Below are positions 1 to 12,394 of a stretch of DNA of 64,000 nt, piece after piece. The DNA is from Callorhinchus milii (Eukaryota). The stretch covers positions 1 to 64,000 of the forward strand of contig NW_024704839.1 of NCBI RefSeq assembly GCF_018977255.1, read 5' to 3'. Every line of letters starts with the position of its first letter. Position 1 is the first letter of the stretch. The notes beneath the pieces are model-generated. The model was not told the DNA's origin and searched no databases. It worked only from the letters and a program-made list of their open reading frames with translations. A program made the position numbers and the translations under genes.

Positions 1-413
1 CTCTTAACATTGTCCCATAGACTTTCTATGGGAACCGGTTCCCTATCTCTTAACATTGTCCCATAGACTTTCTATGGGAACCGGTTCCCTATCTCTCAAC
101 ATTGTCCCATAGACTTTCTATGGGAACGGTTCCATATCTCTTAACATTGTCCCATAGACTTTCTATGGGAACCGGTTCCCTATCTCTTAACATTGTCCCA
201 TAGACTTTCTATGGGAACCGGTTCCCTATCTCTTAACATTGGCCCATAGACTTTCTATGGGAACCGGTTCCCTATCTCTTAACATTGGCCCATAGACTTT
301 CTATGGGAACCGGTTCCCTATCTCTTAACATTGTCCATAGACTTTCTATGGGAACCGGTTCCCTATCTCTTAACATTGTCCCATAGACTTTCTATGGGAA
401 CCGGTTCCCTATC
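1..413. repeat. 46-bp tandem minisatellite (~9 copies) built from two palindromes
   Basis: Unit CTCTTAACATTGTCCCATAGACTTTCTATGGGAACCGGTTCCCTAT repeats directly. It contains CCCATAGA-CTT-TCTATGGG and GGGAACCGGTTCCC. Confidence 0.95.
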
Positions 414-745
414 ACTCACTCACCACTCACCACTCACACACTCACACTTCACCACTCACTCACCACACACTCACCCACCACTCACCATCTCACCATCCCA
501 CACACCCACTTACCCACCCACTTACCCACCCACTCAGCCACTCAGGCGTCACATAATGTTGTTGATGTTGTTGTTGTTGACGATGTTGTTGTCGTTGTTG
601 TTGTTGACGATGATGATGTTGTTGACGATGATGATGTTGTTGGAGATGATGATGTTGTTGTTGTTGACGATGTTGATGATGTTGTTGACAATGTTGTTGT
701 TGTTGACGATGTTGATGATGTTGTTGACAATGTTGTTGCTGTTGT
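414..745. repeat. CAC/CACT low-complexity tract followed by a (TGT/TGA)n trinucleotide tract
   Basis: Read directly. It explains the poly-L/M, poly-Q/H and poly-N ORFs. Confidence 0.9.
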
Positions 746-756
746 TTCCGCTGCAG

Positions 757-834
757 ACGCGCGACTGGAACGAGGAGCTGCAGAGCTGCCGTGAGCTCCC
801 CCACAAGACGCTGTCACAGAGACTCGTTAGAGAG
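757..834 (+). CDS. CLUH: Internal exon of clustered mitochondria protein homolog, truncated by the N gap
   Basis: Acceptor ...ttccgctgcAG at 755-756, then TRDWNEELQSCRELPHKTLSQRLVRE, matching the conserved Clu-domain motif RDWNEELQxxRELP. Confidence 0.8.
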
Positions 835-1078
835 NNNNNNNNNNNNNNNNNNNNNNNNNNNNNNNNNNNNNNNNNNNNNNNNNNNNNNNNNNNNNNNNNN
901 NNNNNNNNNNNNNNNNNNNNNNNNNNNNNNNNNNNNNNNNNNNNNNNNNNNNNNNNNNNNNNNNNNNNNNNNNNNNNNNNNNNNNNNNNNNNNNNNNNNN
1001 NNNNNNNNNNNNNNNNNNNNNNNNNNNNNNNNNNNNNNNNNNNNNNNNNNNNNNNNNNNNNNNNNNNNNNNNNNNNNN
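835..1078. other. Assembly gap (N run)
   Basis: Run of N. Confidence 1.
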
Positions 1079-1639
1079 GGATTATGAAATTTTGATAAAA
1101 ATAATAAAAATTAATAATTTTCCGAAAAATGCGCAAATCGCATGGATTATGTTAATGTGTGTATTAATATGCATACATTATGATAATGCGTGTAATTATA
1201 TGCATAGATTATGATAATCACGGAGATAATCGTAGTAATTTATGCGGATGCTTGCGATTGTGTTACTGTGTGCAGTTCTGATAATTTGCTTAGTTTCGTT
1301 TATCCAGAGTTATCAATCAGGATAACACGATTATCATCGATTAAACGTTTACCGATTATCTTAGTGTGTTTATATTATTTTAGGTCACCAGTTCAGATCT
1401 CATCACAGGATACAGCTCTTATGAATAAGATAGTTTTGCATGGACTTGGAAAGAAGCACTCGAACAGTTGGTGTGAAGCAATTTTAAACAAGCATGTGAC
1501 ATTCTATCATGCAGGTCAAACATGCGTCAATAATTCATGAATAACCAAACACTTATGCATTTGCGATATCATGCATTCGATTAATATGAATAACTAAAAT
1601 TCTTATGCAATTACGAGACTATGCATTTGAATTACGAGA

Positions 1640-2200
1640 CTATGCTTATGAGCGAAAACATCTGCGTTATGCCGATCTAGCTGCCGAAGCACGGCATCAT
1701 GGCTGGAACACAGAAGTCCGACCAGTGGAGGTGGGCTGCAGAGGTTTTGTGGCAACATCTACAACCAAACTGCTTAGAGACCTGGGAATTAAGGGCCAGA
1801 GCCAGCGTTCGGCCAATCAAAGCTGTATCGGAGGCGGCAGAAGGCAGCAGTCAGTGGCTCTGGATGAAGAGGAAAGACCCCAGCTGGGCCCCAAAGTGAG
1901 AGGGCCAGGAGGTATGCAGTCAACAATGCTTGACTCAGGGAGGAGGACGCCCCTGCCATGCATAGTCCCATGGGATGTTGGCTACCAACAACAAGGCAAC
2001 TCCTATGACTAATTGGGAATGGGACGCAAGCGTAGGATTGATCACCCTGTCGCTGGCCGCCTTTGGGGAGGGTGTATAGTATGAAAGGCCGAAACACCCT
2101 AGGAACCAAAGGGTCACTACTGACGATGCGCTCCCCAAATTTCACCAGGCTCACTGTTCATGAACTCTTGGAAGTGCTTGCACAAAGGATAGTAACATCT
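1640..2200 (+). mobile_element. 3' fragment of a restriction-like-endonuclease non-LTR retrotransposon (Hero/NeSL/R2-type), frameshifted, with 3' UTR
   Basis: AYERKHLRYADL...GWNTEVRPVEVGCRGFV...IKAVSEAAEGSSQWLW is the typical RLE C-terminus. It is split over two frames (1605..2012, 1699..1899). Confidence 0.75.
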
Positions 2201-2448
2201 CATCCTGTGTTCTTTGGAATCTGACTAAAATGAATGACTCAAAACTCTTATGCATTTAACGAACTGAATGACTAAAAACCCTCCTAACAACCAGGCATCT
2301 CATTAGTTCGGTTTTTTTTTTTGCATCGATCACAATCGGCGACTGGCCGAGTTTGAAACAAGCATGACACACTTCATTTTGCGGTAATAAAAAGCACTTA
2401 TTGTATCCCAGAGGCGAAAGTGTATGTATATACTGGTGGGTGAGGGCG

Positions 2449-4409
2449 TGTTGCGGGAGAGCTAATCTGGCTCTGTTTTAATTAATTCTTCGGCGAGACT
2501 CTATGACAGAAGAAACCGGTTTGACAAGATTTTCTTTGATGCTGGTCGATCTGGGTGTCGCTCGTTGTCGCTCGGTGGCGCACGGTGGCGCACGGTGGCG
2601 CACGGTGGCGCACGGTGGCGCTCGTTCAGCGATCTCCGCCTTTCCTGCGGGTTGTTCGCTGGTCGTCACTCTGACGAGGAGCGATGCTTCGTTCGTGGCA
2701 GGGTGGACGTTGGCGTCTTTGTTGGCTTCACTCACAGCTCTGCGACTCAGGGTAGCGATTCTTCTCAGGTGGTGCAGACCTCGGCTTGTAGCTGCGCGTC
2801 GCTACTCCGCGAACCTCGTCATTCTGGATGACGAAAACTTCTTCGTTGTTGGCGTTGAGATGAGATGGGGCCCATGGCCCGGACGATCTGGTGGTGGGGC
2901 CCGTGGCCCAGACGATCCGCTTGGATGGATTTTCCTTCGGTTTATATTGGAAAATTCCACTCGGCTTCCCGAGTTGTTCAAAGGCTGTGTCATAAAACCC
3001 TCCTGTGGCTGAACCATCTGCGTTCGTTGTGTGTGTGTCCGTCCGTGTGTTTCGCGTGCGTGTTTGTCCGTGTGTTTATTAGCTTTGAAGACACAGCTGT
3101 GTGTCGTTCTGGAAGAAAGGGGTGGGGGTTCGTGACGGCGCCACCTGAGTTATTCATTAACCCGACCGATGATTCGCGTTCGCATTGAGTTCTATATATA
3201 AAAAAAAATATTCGAATCCATGTTTTTGTTACTGAATAATATTTGTCGCGAAAACCTACGCGTTAAGCGAGCTTAATTATTCCCTCCCTTGCTCGGGGAT
3301 CATATCTTTTGTCTCACACAGCTTAAGTTGTTTTGGTTTGGAAGTTGAAATGCGACTTGTTTGCTGCTTGGTTCCATTATGCCCAAGTTATGCCGAAACC
3401 GTGTTCACGATGTTTCATCGTGATTTGATTTCTTTATGGGGAGATGTTATTTGCTCGTGTGCGCAAATCTTGCTGTCCGTGTTGCGGGGAGACAAAGACG
3501 GTTGTTTCCACGGTGGAAGCACCCGGTTTATTCGAAGGCGTGTGTTCATTTCCTTTGAGCCATTGCCCCAACCTTTATGGGTGTCATTTCCTGGCTTTGT
3601 GCCTGCGTGTGGAGATCCTCTCGGAAAGACAAAGACGGCCGTGTTGCTCGCTTCCCATGGGGTGTTGTGTTTGGTTAATTTTGAGAGCCTTCTCCGCCCT
3701 TGATTTCTCTTCTACTTTAATTCCGTACTTATTATTTGACTTCTTGTGATTATTTAATCTGATATCCCGGCTAGGGATCTTTGTTTTGGAGCGAAATAGA
3801 TGCCATAATTATTCTTTGGTGCTTCGGCCCGGCCGCGTAGAAATTATTTAAGGTAAATAATGTCAGTATTTAATTAACAATGATGGGTCGCGATTCTGGT
3901 GCAGACTGTAGTCTGATTTCCAATTGGAGTGAGGATGGATACTGTTTGCTTACTCTTCATGGCTAAGTTGGTAACTTTGTGTATCTAACATGGTTCAAAG
4001 ACCCGTCTGTGCTTTTTGTCGTCAATGCTGTTTCTTTGTTAAGAATATAATTATCTCTTCCTCCGTGGTGCCTGGTTTGTAAGGTTTTTTAACGAAAGGG
4101 TGTCATTCTAACCCCCCCCCCCCGCCTGCAATTCTCCCCTCTCTTGTTCCTCTTGTGTGAAATTCGCCTTGATTGCCCTCTTTCATGCCGTCTTTCCTTT
4201 GAATTGAGGTATGCGCGCATCTGTGGAAGTGTGGGGGCGTGTTCGTTACACGTTGCCCCGTGCCTATTAAAAAAAGATATTATATATGTTGGCAGAATAA
4301 TTCTTTAAAAAAATAATATTAAAAAATAAATAAAAAGGGGGTACATACACAACATGGCGAGGTCGTAGATGGTGCGCCTGCTGAACGGCTTCGTGGCGGC
4401 GGCATCACA
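2449..4409 (-). mobile_element. Probable degenerate LTR of a Gypsy family related to the 29.8-37.9 kb element (left boundary uncertain)
   Basis: 4355-4409 (TGGCGAGGTCG...GAACGGCTTCGTGGCGGCGGCATCACA) matches the terminus of the full element's LTR. TGTTG at 2449 may be the other end. No TSD found. Confidence 0.45.
2572..2620. repeat. 10-bp tandem repeat CGGTGGCGCA, about 5 copies
   Basis: Read directly. Confidence 0.85.
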
Positions 4410-4854
4410 ATTTTTCTAGGTTATTTAATTCAGTGTGTCTCTCTCCCTGTCTCCTAATTTTTTCAAGCTTTTGCACCGTGCCACTCACCGTGCCACTCAT
4501 TGACATGCTAATTTCTCTAACCCCTCCCTCTCTCTCCGCCCCCGCCCCCCAGCACCTGCCCCAGCAGACCCACCTCTCTCTCTGCCCACCCCCCTTTCTC
4601 TATTTAAGGCCTCGACACAGGCGTGGTTTATCTGTGTGCCGATGTACGTCTCTCTCTCTTTGTATCTCTGTGATATCTGTCTGCTTATATGTCTGTCTAT
4701 ATGTCTCTGGTTCTGTGTTTTATCTCTCTCTCAAATTTTGCATTCTCAGGAAGAACGTAATCAACCAGGTAGGGTGTTGACTGTTATGTTATCCGACTCT
4801 ATGTTGTATTACATTACATTTCTAAGTATACTAGATTTGTGTTTCTATTTCATT

Positions 4855-4899
4855 TATACCTGATGATGATTGCTTGTGTTGCAATCGAAACGTCGTATG
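4855..4899 (+). ncRNA. Minimal type-I hammerhead ribozyme motif (subfamily B)
   Basis: ATAC-CTGATGA(4860-4866)-T-GATTGC-TTGTGTT-GCAATC-GAAA(4887-4890)-CGTC/GTAT. Stems I and II pair, and cleavage is predicted after C4894. Confidence 0.75.
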
Positions 4900-5089
4900 C
4901 TAGTATTTAATTTATTATTTTTTCTTGATACGTGACTTTACCGAAATAACCAAAGAGTAGCACCCGCTAAGATAATGTGGAATTTCCACGAGTGCAGTAT
5001 GACATTTGTGAATGATGTTACCATGTAAACCGTTTCAAAGTGTGTTATGGTGATACATTGGTGTGTGCTGTCCTGGGTCCGTGAGTGTG

Positions 5090-5410
5090 CATAACGCAGA
5101 GAAGCCGTTCTGCTGAAAGGTGTACGGCCACAGGTTCCGCCAGCACTGCCACCGGAATATCCACCTGCGCAAGCATAGAGGCGAAAAGCCCTACCGCTGT
5201 AGTGCTTCTCGCAAAGTTTCAGTTCCCAGCAGCACCAGCAGATACACAACGGTGATAGACTGCACCGCTGCAGCGATTGCGGATGCGGGATCCCACAGCC
5301 CGCCGACCTGAGGGCAAACGAGCGCACGCACACGGGCGAGAAGCCATATGGCTGCGACATGTGTGGCCAGACCTTCACGCGCTCCACCGGCCTGCGCTTC
5401 CACCAACTTT
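5090..5410 (+). pseudogene. Decayed C2H2 zinc-finger array fragment
   Basis: HLRKHRGEKPYRC and HTGEKPYGCDMCGQTFTRSTGLRFH pieces lie in different frames with deletions. Confidence 0.7.
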
Positions 5411-5929
5411 TGCACGTGGAGGAAAATATTTAGCGGTGCTGTCGGGAAATCTTTTCGAGGCCGTCGTAGGTTTTCACATTTGTGCCATTTCACGCCACAT
5501 GCTGTGAATATTCTTCAATTCGTGCACTTTTGGGTTGTGCCGCGTGTTGTTCGCCATAGCACGTGTTAGTGGGAATTTCCCGGCATGTAGAGCGAAACGT
5601 CGGACATCGTGTTGAACAACGCGGAGTGGCACAACCCGAAAACGCTTAAAAATGTTCTACTGTTAAAAACAATGGGGGCATCTGAAATTTGCTCACAAAG
5701 TTCAACATGGAGTACGAAAAATAATCTTATCACGTATACGTGGGAAATTTGACAGCAACTCTTCTTCACAAAAACGCGACATATTCGTCAATAACACAAT
5801 CCTAAAAGTAAAATATATAATAGGCAAGGTTTTGGATATTGGTTGTTTTCCATACCAGATAAAGAGGCCAGATAGACTGAATGCATAAAAGTTGAAGACG
5901 ACAGTATACACAAGGCCGTGATGAAAGAT

Positions 5930-6300
5930 TTATTTTAAGAATGTTTCCAGATGAGCAATCTTAACTTGGAATATGTATCGCTGTGATGTATCCTTCGTAT
6001 TTGTGAATCGGGCATTGCATTGTTATATGTTGTATGGTCTGTTCTGGATGACCACAGTCGCACACTGGAGATTTTAATTTTCCATTTGTGCATCAGGTAT
6101 CCGCATCTCCCATGGTTTGTGCGGATGCATTTTAAGGTGGACCATGAGCTTCGTGGAAGATCAAAATTATTTATCTGCTTTGGATTTTTCACATGGTGTT
6201 TGTGAGTTCTGTTGAACTCCCTTCAGTTTTCCAAGCTTAATCGGGGTTGAATTCGCATTGCTAAAGGTTCAAGGAATTGGACCTGTCTTGCCTCACGGCA
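5930..6300 (-). mobile_element. Non-LTR retrotransposon C-terminal fragment (Vingi/Ingi-like)
   Basis: FDLPRSSWSTLKCIRTNHGRCGYLMHKW motif. It continues the 7082-7650 fragment on the same strand. Confidence 0.65.
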
Positions 6301-6302
6301 GA

Positions 6303-7081
6303 TGTGGAGCGTATGTTCACAGGAAGTTCCTGTTTTTTATGCTAATTTTGGTCACGTGACCAGGAAGTTACGATTTTAGATTTCCAATGTACCACGCGGG
6401 CGTCGGCCATTACATAGATAAGTCAAGATGGCGGCACGCATCGCATCTCAGTGAGACCACAGCCGCACTTGTCCATTGTGGGAGCTTAAGAAGCATTGTC
6501 TGTAAGTTGTTTATATTCCTATAATATTGGCAATGCTGTTGTAATGTTGGAATGACCGTTATAGTGATGTAAATGCCTTTATGGTGCCGTTAAGTTGTTG
6601 TAGTAAATACGAGGCCTAGTTAGTAACGAAGCCTGTGACTTTCCTTATTGTGGATGTTACTTGTGATTTAGTAGGTCGAGTCAGACTTGTGCCTATGTTG
6701 CGATCCTGAGAGTAAAGATGACGAAGTATCTCATCCACAGTTTAGTGTTATGTGTAATGCTGTACATTTGGGGTGCAGTGGGATGAATACACGATGTGCC
6801 TGTATGCAACGCACCGGCTTGTGCTTTTGTCTAGTTGTTCAGTGGTAATGTAGGGGCCTGGTCCGTCCAGGATCTATTGTTATCTAAGACAATGTTCTGA
6901 TGCTGTGGTGTTCATTGTGTTGGTGTTTCCGGATTATAACAGATGCTGTATCTGTGTTTTCTCACCAGTTTTACCTTGTTACAATCAATAAATGACGATT
7001 GGAGTTGGACGTTCATCCTGGCTCCGAGGATTTATTGAACGCAAGGTTATCTACTCGACTAGCGGTGCAACGCAGCGCACA
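6303..7081 (+). mobile_element. Probable solo LTR (~780 bp) nested in the LINE
   Basis: TG...CA ends with an imperfect terminal IR (TGTGGAGCG / CAGCGCACA) and AATAAA near 6987. It interrupts the LINE ORF. The TSD is only a partial match (GCAGA vs GCGAG). Confidence 0.5.
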
Positions 7082-7650
7082 GCGAGGCCGAGATAGGACC
7101 AAAATGGCTTGCATGACGTAATGCAATAGCGAGGGACGTTATTGAGGTCCTGATGAATGGGAAGGCGGCTGTTTTGCTCAATTCGCAGGATTTCCCGGAG
7201 GGTTGCAGAGTTGTGATGGATTGGGGAGAGACGTGACAGCACGGGAAGCCAGGGTGTTGGGGTCGACTTGAAGGTTCCAGTGGTACACTGCATTGCAATG
7301 TTCCATTGGACATTAACAAGTTGAGAGTGACTACTTCTGGTCCATACTGGTTCACAGTACTCGGCTATAGAGTACGCAAGGGCCATCATTGGTGTCCATA
7401 GCACTGGTGCTGATGCTCCCCAGCTTGTGCTTGCCAGTTTGTGGACCAGGTTGACCCTTGTTTTGGTTTTGGCGGCTACCTTTTTCATGTAGTCGCGGAA
7501 GGTTCGCGTACGGTCCAGCTTCATACTGAGATAGGTTGGAGTGGGGTTGTTGTTTCACAGTGTTGCCAGAGAAGGTCACTTTCAGAGTGTGCTGATGATT
7601 GGACAGGTGCTGATGATATGACAACTATTTCAGGACGATATTTGTAAGTG
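7082..7650 (-). mobile_element. Non-LTR retrotransposon RT C-terminal fragment (Vingi/Ingi-like), degenerate
   Basis: KLDRTRTFRDY...KLASTSWGAS...ALAYSIAEYCEPVW...TGTFKSTPTPWLPVLS. Confidence 0.75.
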
Positions 7651-8482
7651 TCCATCAGATAATTAAAATCTGGCCAATCACTTTAAGGAGTACAAATGAG
7701 TTTCATCTACTAAATGGAATGCGGCTGAGATATTGTTCGCCGACAAGATAGAGTGATGAACTCTGAGCATGTGCAGATGCTGAATGTTTTCGTTGCGTTA
7801 AAGGCGAATTGGAAAATGGCCTTCGCCCATTACGATCCACCACACCACTTGCTGTAAGGCCACGTACACGTGCTCCCCGACTCCCTCTATCTCTGTTTAC
7901 CACACGATCCGTGATGGGGACCAGCGGGAGCGAGGTTGAAGAGTTTCCCCACTAGCCGTGCTGGCCACTTAATGCCAGGGAAATTGATCTAGCGCATGGC
8001 CTCTGCCTGCCACGCTTATTCTCGAGCCTACCCCCTCCACGCTACTCAACATGCACACAATGTCAATGCCACACTTTGATACACTTACAGCGGTTTCTAT
8101 TGTCATAATCAGGGATAATTTTAGATGCGCGATGTGTTGATGATGCACCCAGGCCACACTCGCCATTCTCCCACTCACACCGTCTGTCTCAGGAAAACAG
8201 TTTTATTGCATTCCAACACGACCTGCCCTTTCCAACTTACCCCCTTGAGTGCTCGTGTATCTGGGTGCACCATCATATGCTACCCGGATTCTCCTGGAGG
8301 TGGTCTCGCGTCAAACTCACCCATGTTTTACCACAGGGTCCGGGAGTCTCCATCTCACACCGAACTTTGCCAATTCTCTCTCACAGGGGAAACCCATGGC
8401 CAGGTCACTCGCTAGGTTGCCGGGATGAAAACGCAGGTGGAGAGGTTCGGTTTGTGTGTTCTAGTTGACCTAAGCGCTAGTC

Positions 8483-8845
8483 GGGGTGTGTGCATGGGGT
8501 AAATGCATGTTGTGTCTGTGCATGGGGTGTGTGCGTGGTGTGTGTATGTGTGCGTGGGGTGTGTGTGTGGTGTGTGCATGGGGTGTGTGTGGGTGTATGT
8601 GTGCGTGAGGTGTGTGGTGTGTGCATGGGGTGTGTGTCTGTTTGTAGGGTGTCTGTGTGGTGCATGCATGGAGTGTTTGTGTGGGATGTGTGCATGGTGT
8701 ATGCAGTGTGAGTATGCGTGGGGTGTATGTGTGCGTGGTGTGTGGCGTGTGCGTGGGGTGCAAGCATGGTGTGTGTGTGTGTGGGGTGTGCTTGTTATGT
8801 GAATGGTGTGTATATGCGTGGGGTGTATGTGCGTGTGTGGTGCAA
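8483..8845. repeat. GT-rich compound microsatellite
   Basis: (GT)n/GGGGT/GCAT mosaic. Confidence 0.9.
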
Positions 8846-9169
8846 GCAAGTAAAACAATCTTCATAAACGTTCCAACAAAACCATAAATGCCAAAAAAAC
8901 ATTGCTACAAATGAAAAATATATATTTACAAAATACTGAAAAAATTGTATTTACAAAATACTGAACACGAGGCTTGTTTGCAAACTTTCATGAAAGCAAG
9001 ACATATTGCACATTTACATCTTCTGCATTAATACTGTCACTGTGACGGTCTTCCTCGAAATTCAATACACGGTGAAACTAAACTAATATATATTACAGTT
9101 ATTATATACGAGTTAAAAACATCCTTAGCTATTTCAGTAACAGTGAGTCAAGAGAAAGGAGGGTGTTAT

Positions 9170-11470
9170 TGGTCGGTGATGGGTGGGTGGTTAATGTGCA
9201 TGGGTGGTGGGGTGCGTGATGTGTGTATGTGGGTGGTGTGTGGGTGGGGTGTGTGCATGCGTTGGGTGTGTGTATGCGTGGGGTGTATGTGTGGTGTGTG
9301 TTGGGTGTGTGGTGGGTGGGTGGCGTGTGTCTGGGTGGGTGGCGTGCGTGGTGTGTGTTGGTGGATGGTGTGTGCATGCATTGGGTGTGTGTATGCGTGG
9401 GGTGTATGTGTGTGTGAGGTGTGTGTGTGGTTTGTGTGTGATGTGGGTGGGTGGTGGGTGGGTGGTGTGTGGATGGGGTGGTTTGTGTGGGTGGGTGGCG
9501 TGTGCATGGGTGGGTGGGTGCCTGATGTGTGTAGATGGATGGGGTGTGTGTGGGTGGGTGATGTGTGTGGGTGGTGTGTGTGTGTGTGGGGTGTGTGGTG
9601 GGTGGGGTGTGTGGGTGGGGTGTGTGTGGGTGGGTGGGTATGTGTGGGTGGTGTGTGTGTTTGGTGGGTGTGGGTGGGGTGCTTGTGGGTTGGTGGGTGC
9701 GTGTGGGTGGGGTGTGTGTGGGTGGGTGGGGTGTGTGTGGGTGGGTGGGGTGTGTGTGGGTTGGTGGGGTGTGTGTGGGTTAGTGGGGTGTGTGTGGGTT
9801 GGTGGGGTGTGTGTTGGTGGGGTGTGTGTGGGTGGGTGGGGTATGTGTGTGTGTGGTGGGTGTGGGTGGGGTGCCTGTGGGTTGGTGTGGTGTGTGTGGG
9901 TTGGTGTGGTGTGAGTGGGTGGTGGGGTGTGTGTGGGTGGGTGGGGTGTGTGTGTGGTGTTTGTTGTGGGTGGGTGGGTGGTTTGTATGGGTGGGTGGAT
10001 GGCGTGTGTCTGGGTGGGTGGCGTGTGCATGGGTGGTGGGGTGCGTGATGTGTGTATGTAGGTGGGTGGTGTGTGGGTGGGGTGTGTGCATGCGTTAGGT
10101 GTGTGTATGCGTGGGGTGTATGTGTGTGTGGTGGGTGGCGTGTGTCTGGGTGGGTGGCGTGCGTGGTGTGTGTTGGTGGATGGTGTGTGCATGCATTGGG
10201 TGTGTGTATGCGTGGGGTGTATGTGTGTGTGAGGTGTGTGGTGTGTGATGTGGGTGGGTGGTGGGTGGGTGGTGTGTGGATGGGGTGGTTTGTGTGGGTG
10301 GGTGATGTGTGTCTGGGTGTGGCGTTTGTCTGGGTGGGTGGCGTGTGCATGGGTGGAAGGGTGCGTGATGTGTGTAGATGGATGGGGTGTGTGGGTGGGT
10401 GATGTGTGTGTGGGGTGTGTGGTGGGTGGGGTGTGGGTGGGGTGGTGGGTGGGTGGTGTGTGTGGTTTGGTGGGGTGTGTGTGGGTTGGTGTGGTGTGTG
10501 TGGGTTGGTGTGGTGTGAGTGGGTGGTGGAGTGTGTGTGTGTGGGTGGGTGGGTGGGGTGTGTGTGTGATGTGTGTTGTGGGTGGGTGGGTGGTTTGTGT
10601 GGGTGGGTGGCGTGTGTCTGGGTGGGTGGCGTGTGCATGGGTGGTGGGGTGCGTGATGTGTGTATGTGGGTGGGTGGTGTGTGGGTTGGGTGGTGTGTGG
10701 GTGGGGTGTGTGCATGCGTTGGGTGTGTGTATACGTGGGGTATATATGTGTGTGAGGTGTGTGTGTGGTGTGTGTGTGATGTGGGTGGGTGGTGGGTGGG
10801 TGGTGTGTGGGTGGGTGGCGTGTGTCTGGGTGGGTGGCGTGTGTCTGGGTGGGTGGGTGCGTGATGTGTGTAGATGGATGGGGTGTGTGTGGGTGGGTGA
10901 TGTGTGTGGGGTGTGTGGGTGGGGTGTGTGGGTGGGTGGGGTGTGTGTGGGTGGGTGGGGTATGTGGGTGGTGTGTGTGTGGTGTGTGTGTGTGGGGTGC
11001 CTGTGGGTTGGTGGGGTGTGTGTGGGTGGGTGGGGTGTGTGTGGTGGGTGGGGTGTGTGTGGGTGGGGTATGTGTGTGTGTGGTGGGTGTGGGTGGGGTG
11101 CCTGTGGGTTGGTGGGGTGCGCGTGGGTGGGTGGGTTGTGTGTGGGTTGGTGGGGTGTGTGTTGGTGATGTGTGTGGGTGGTGTGTGTGTGTGGGGTGTG
11201 TGGGTGGGTGGGGTGTGTGGGTGGGGTGTGTGGGTGGGTGGGTTGTGTGTGGGTGGGGTGTGTGTGGGTGGGTGGGGTATGTGTGGGTGGTGTGTGTGTG
11301 TGGTGGGTGTGGGCGTGGTGCCTGTGGGTTGGTGGGGTGTGTGTGGGTGGGTGTGTGGGTTGGTGGGGTGTGTGTGTGGATGGGGTGGTGTGTGTGTGTG
11401 GTGGGTGTTGGTGAGGTGTGTGTGGGTGGGTGGGTGGGTGTGTGTGTGGGGTGTGTGCAGGTGGTGTGGT
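9170..11470. repeat. 2.3-kb strand-asymmetric GGGT/GTGT compound minisatellite
   Basis: Almost only G and T on the + strand, with recurring sub-blocks. It is the source of the long spurious H/T/P and V/W/C/G ORFs. Confidence 0.95.
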
Positions 11471-12394
11471 GAGAGGTTGCAGGATGGCCATGTCTTGGGG
11501 TCTGGGGTCGGGTCTCCGTCTCTTCCATTCCAGGTGTTGACATCCCCCGGTGGCGTCACCTGTTCCGGCCACAAACCCAGGGGAAGCATGGGTCATTAAG
11601 GGACAGGGCACTCAAGACACACAGCAGGTCTCCAAGTCGTGTCTCACGATGCTGCATGACACAGTGCGACAAGCGAGTGGAACACGGACGAGAGAAGCAG
11701 CCAGCTGGATGCAGTGCGACACAAATTTGGATTTATCTTTTCCATGTAAAATTTGTAGATAATATGTTTTGGGGTGACGGAATGTCAACATACATTTCCT
11801 CAGGATGATCATGTATTTTTAAGCTATGTTAATTAGACATTCCGATTGTTATGAAATAAATAGCTTACAATAAAACTGAACTCCTAGACAAAATAATCCT
11901 TTCCTTTACAATACAGATCTTTGGTTTGTTTCTGAAATTGAACATTTATCTTGTTGATTGTACTTTAGCTGAAAGATTTAAATGTATTACGCGAGAGCTG
12001 AGCTTCTGTTAACAAGCCAAAATAAGAGCTGAGCTATTTTTTAATGTAATCTCCGAGCGAATTGTTACATAATATTATTTAATGTTTGCTTTTCAACATT
12101 CCAGTTTCCTGAAATCTAAATAAATTGGCATATTTGCCCACGTGACAACATCGTTTGATTGGCTATCAGTAGAGGGAAAAGCTGAAAATCGGCAGATACC
12201 TCGACGATCTAACCCAAAAGTAACGAATTATGAATCTAAGATTGGTCGTGAAAGCCGAGATATAATATTTTTTAACCTTTTAACGTGCACAGTACTCGCT
12301 CACTCTCACAACGCGAGAAACCACAGAATCACAATTGTCTAAGCTCCGAGGTCCTCGATACGTTAAGATGTTATCGGCCAAATAATGAGTTGCT

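Noticed and set aside
331-756. 5' part of the 254-aa ORF and overlapping poly-Q/N/T ORFs
   Set aside because: Microsatellite-derived. Only 757-834 has protein similarity and a splice acceptor.
9143-11611. ORFs of 300-807 aa on both strands
   Set aside because: They are translations of GT/CA repeats that lack stop codons and have no domain content.
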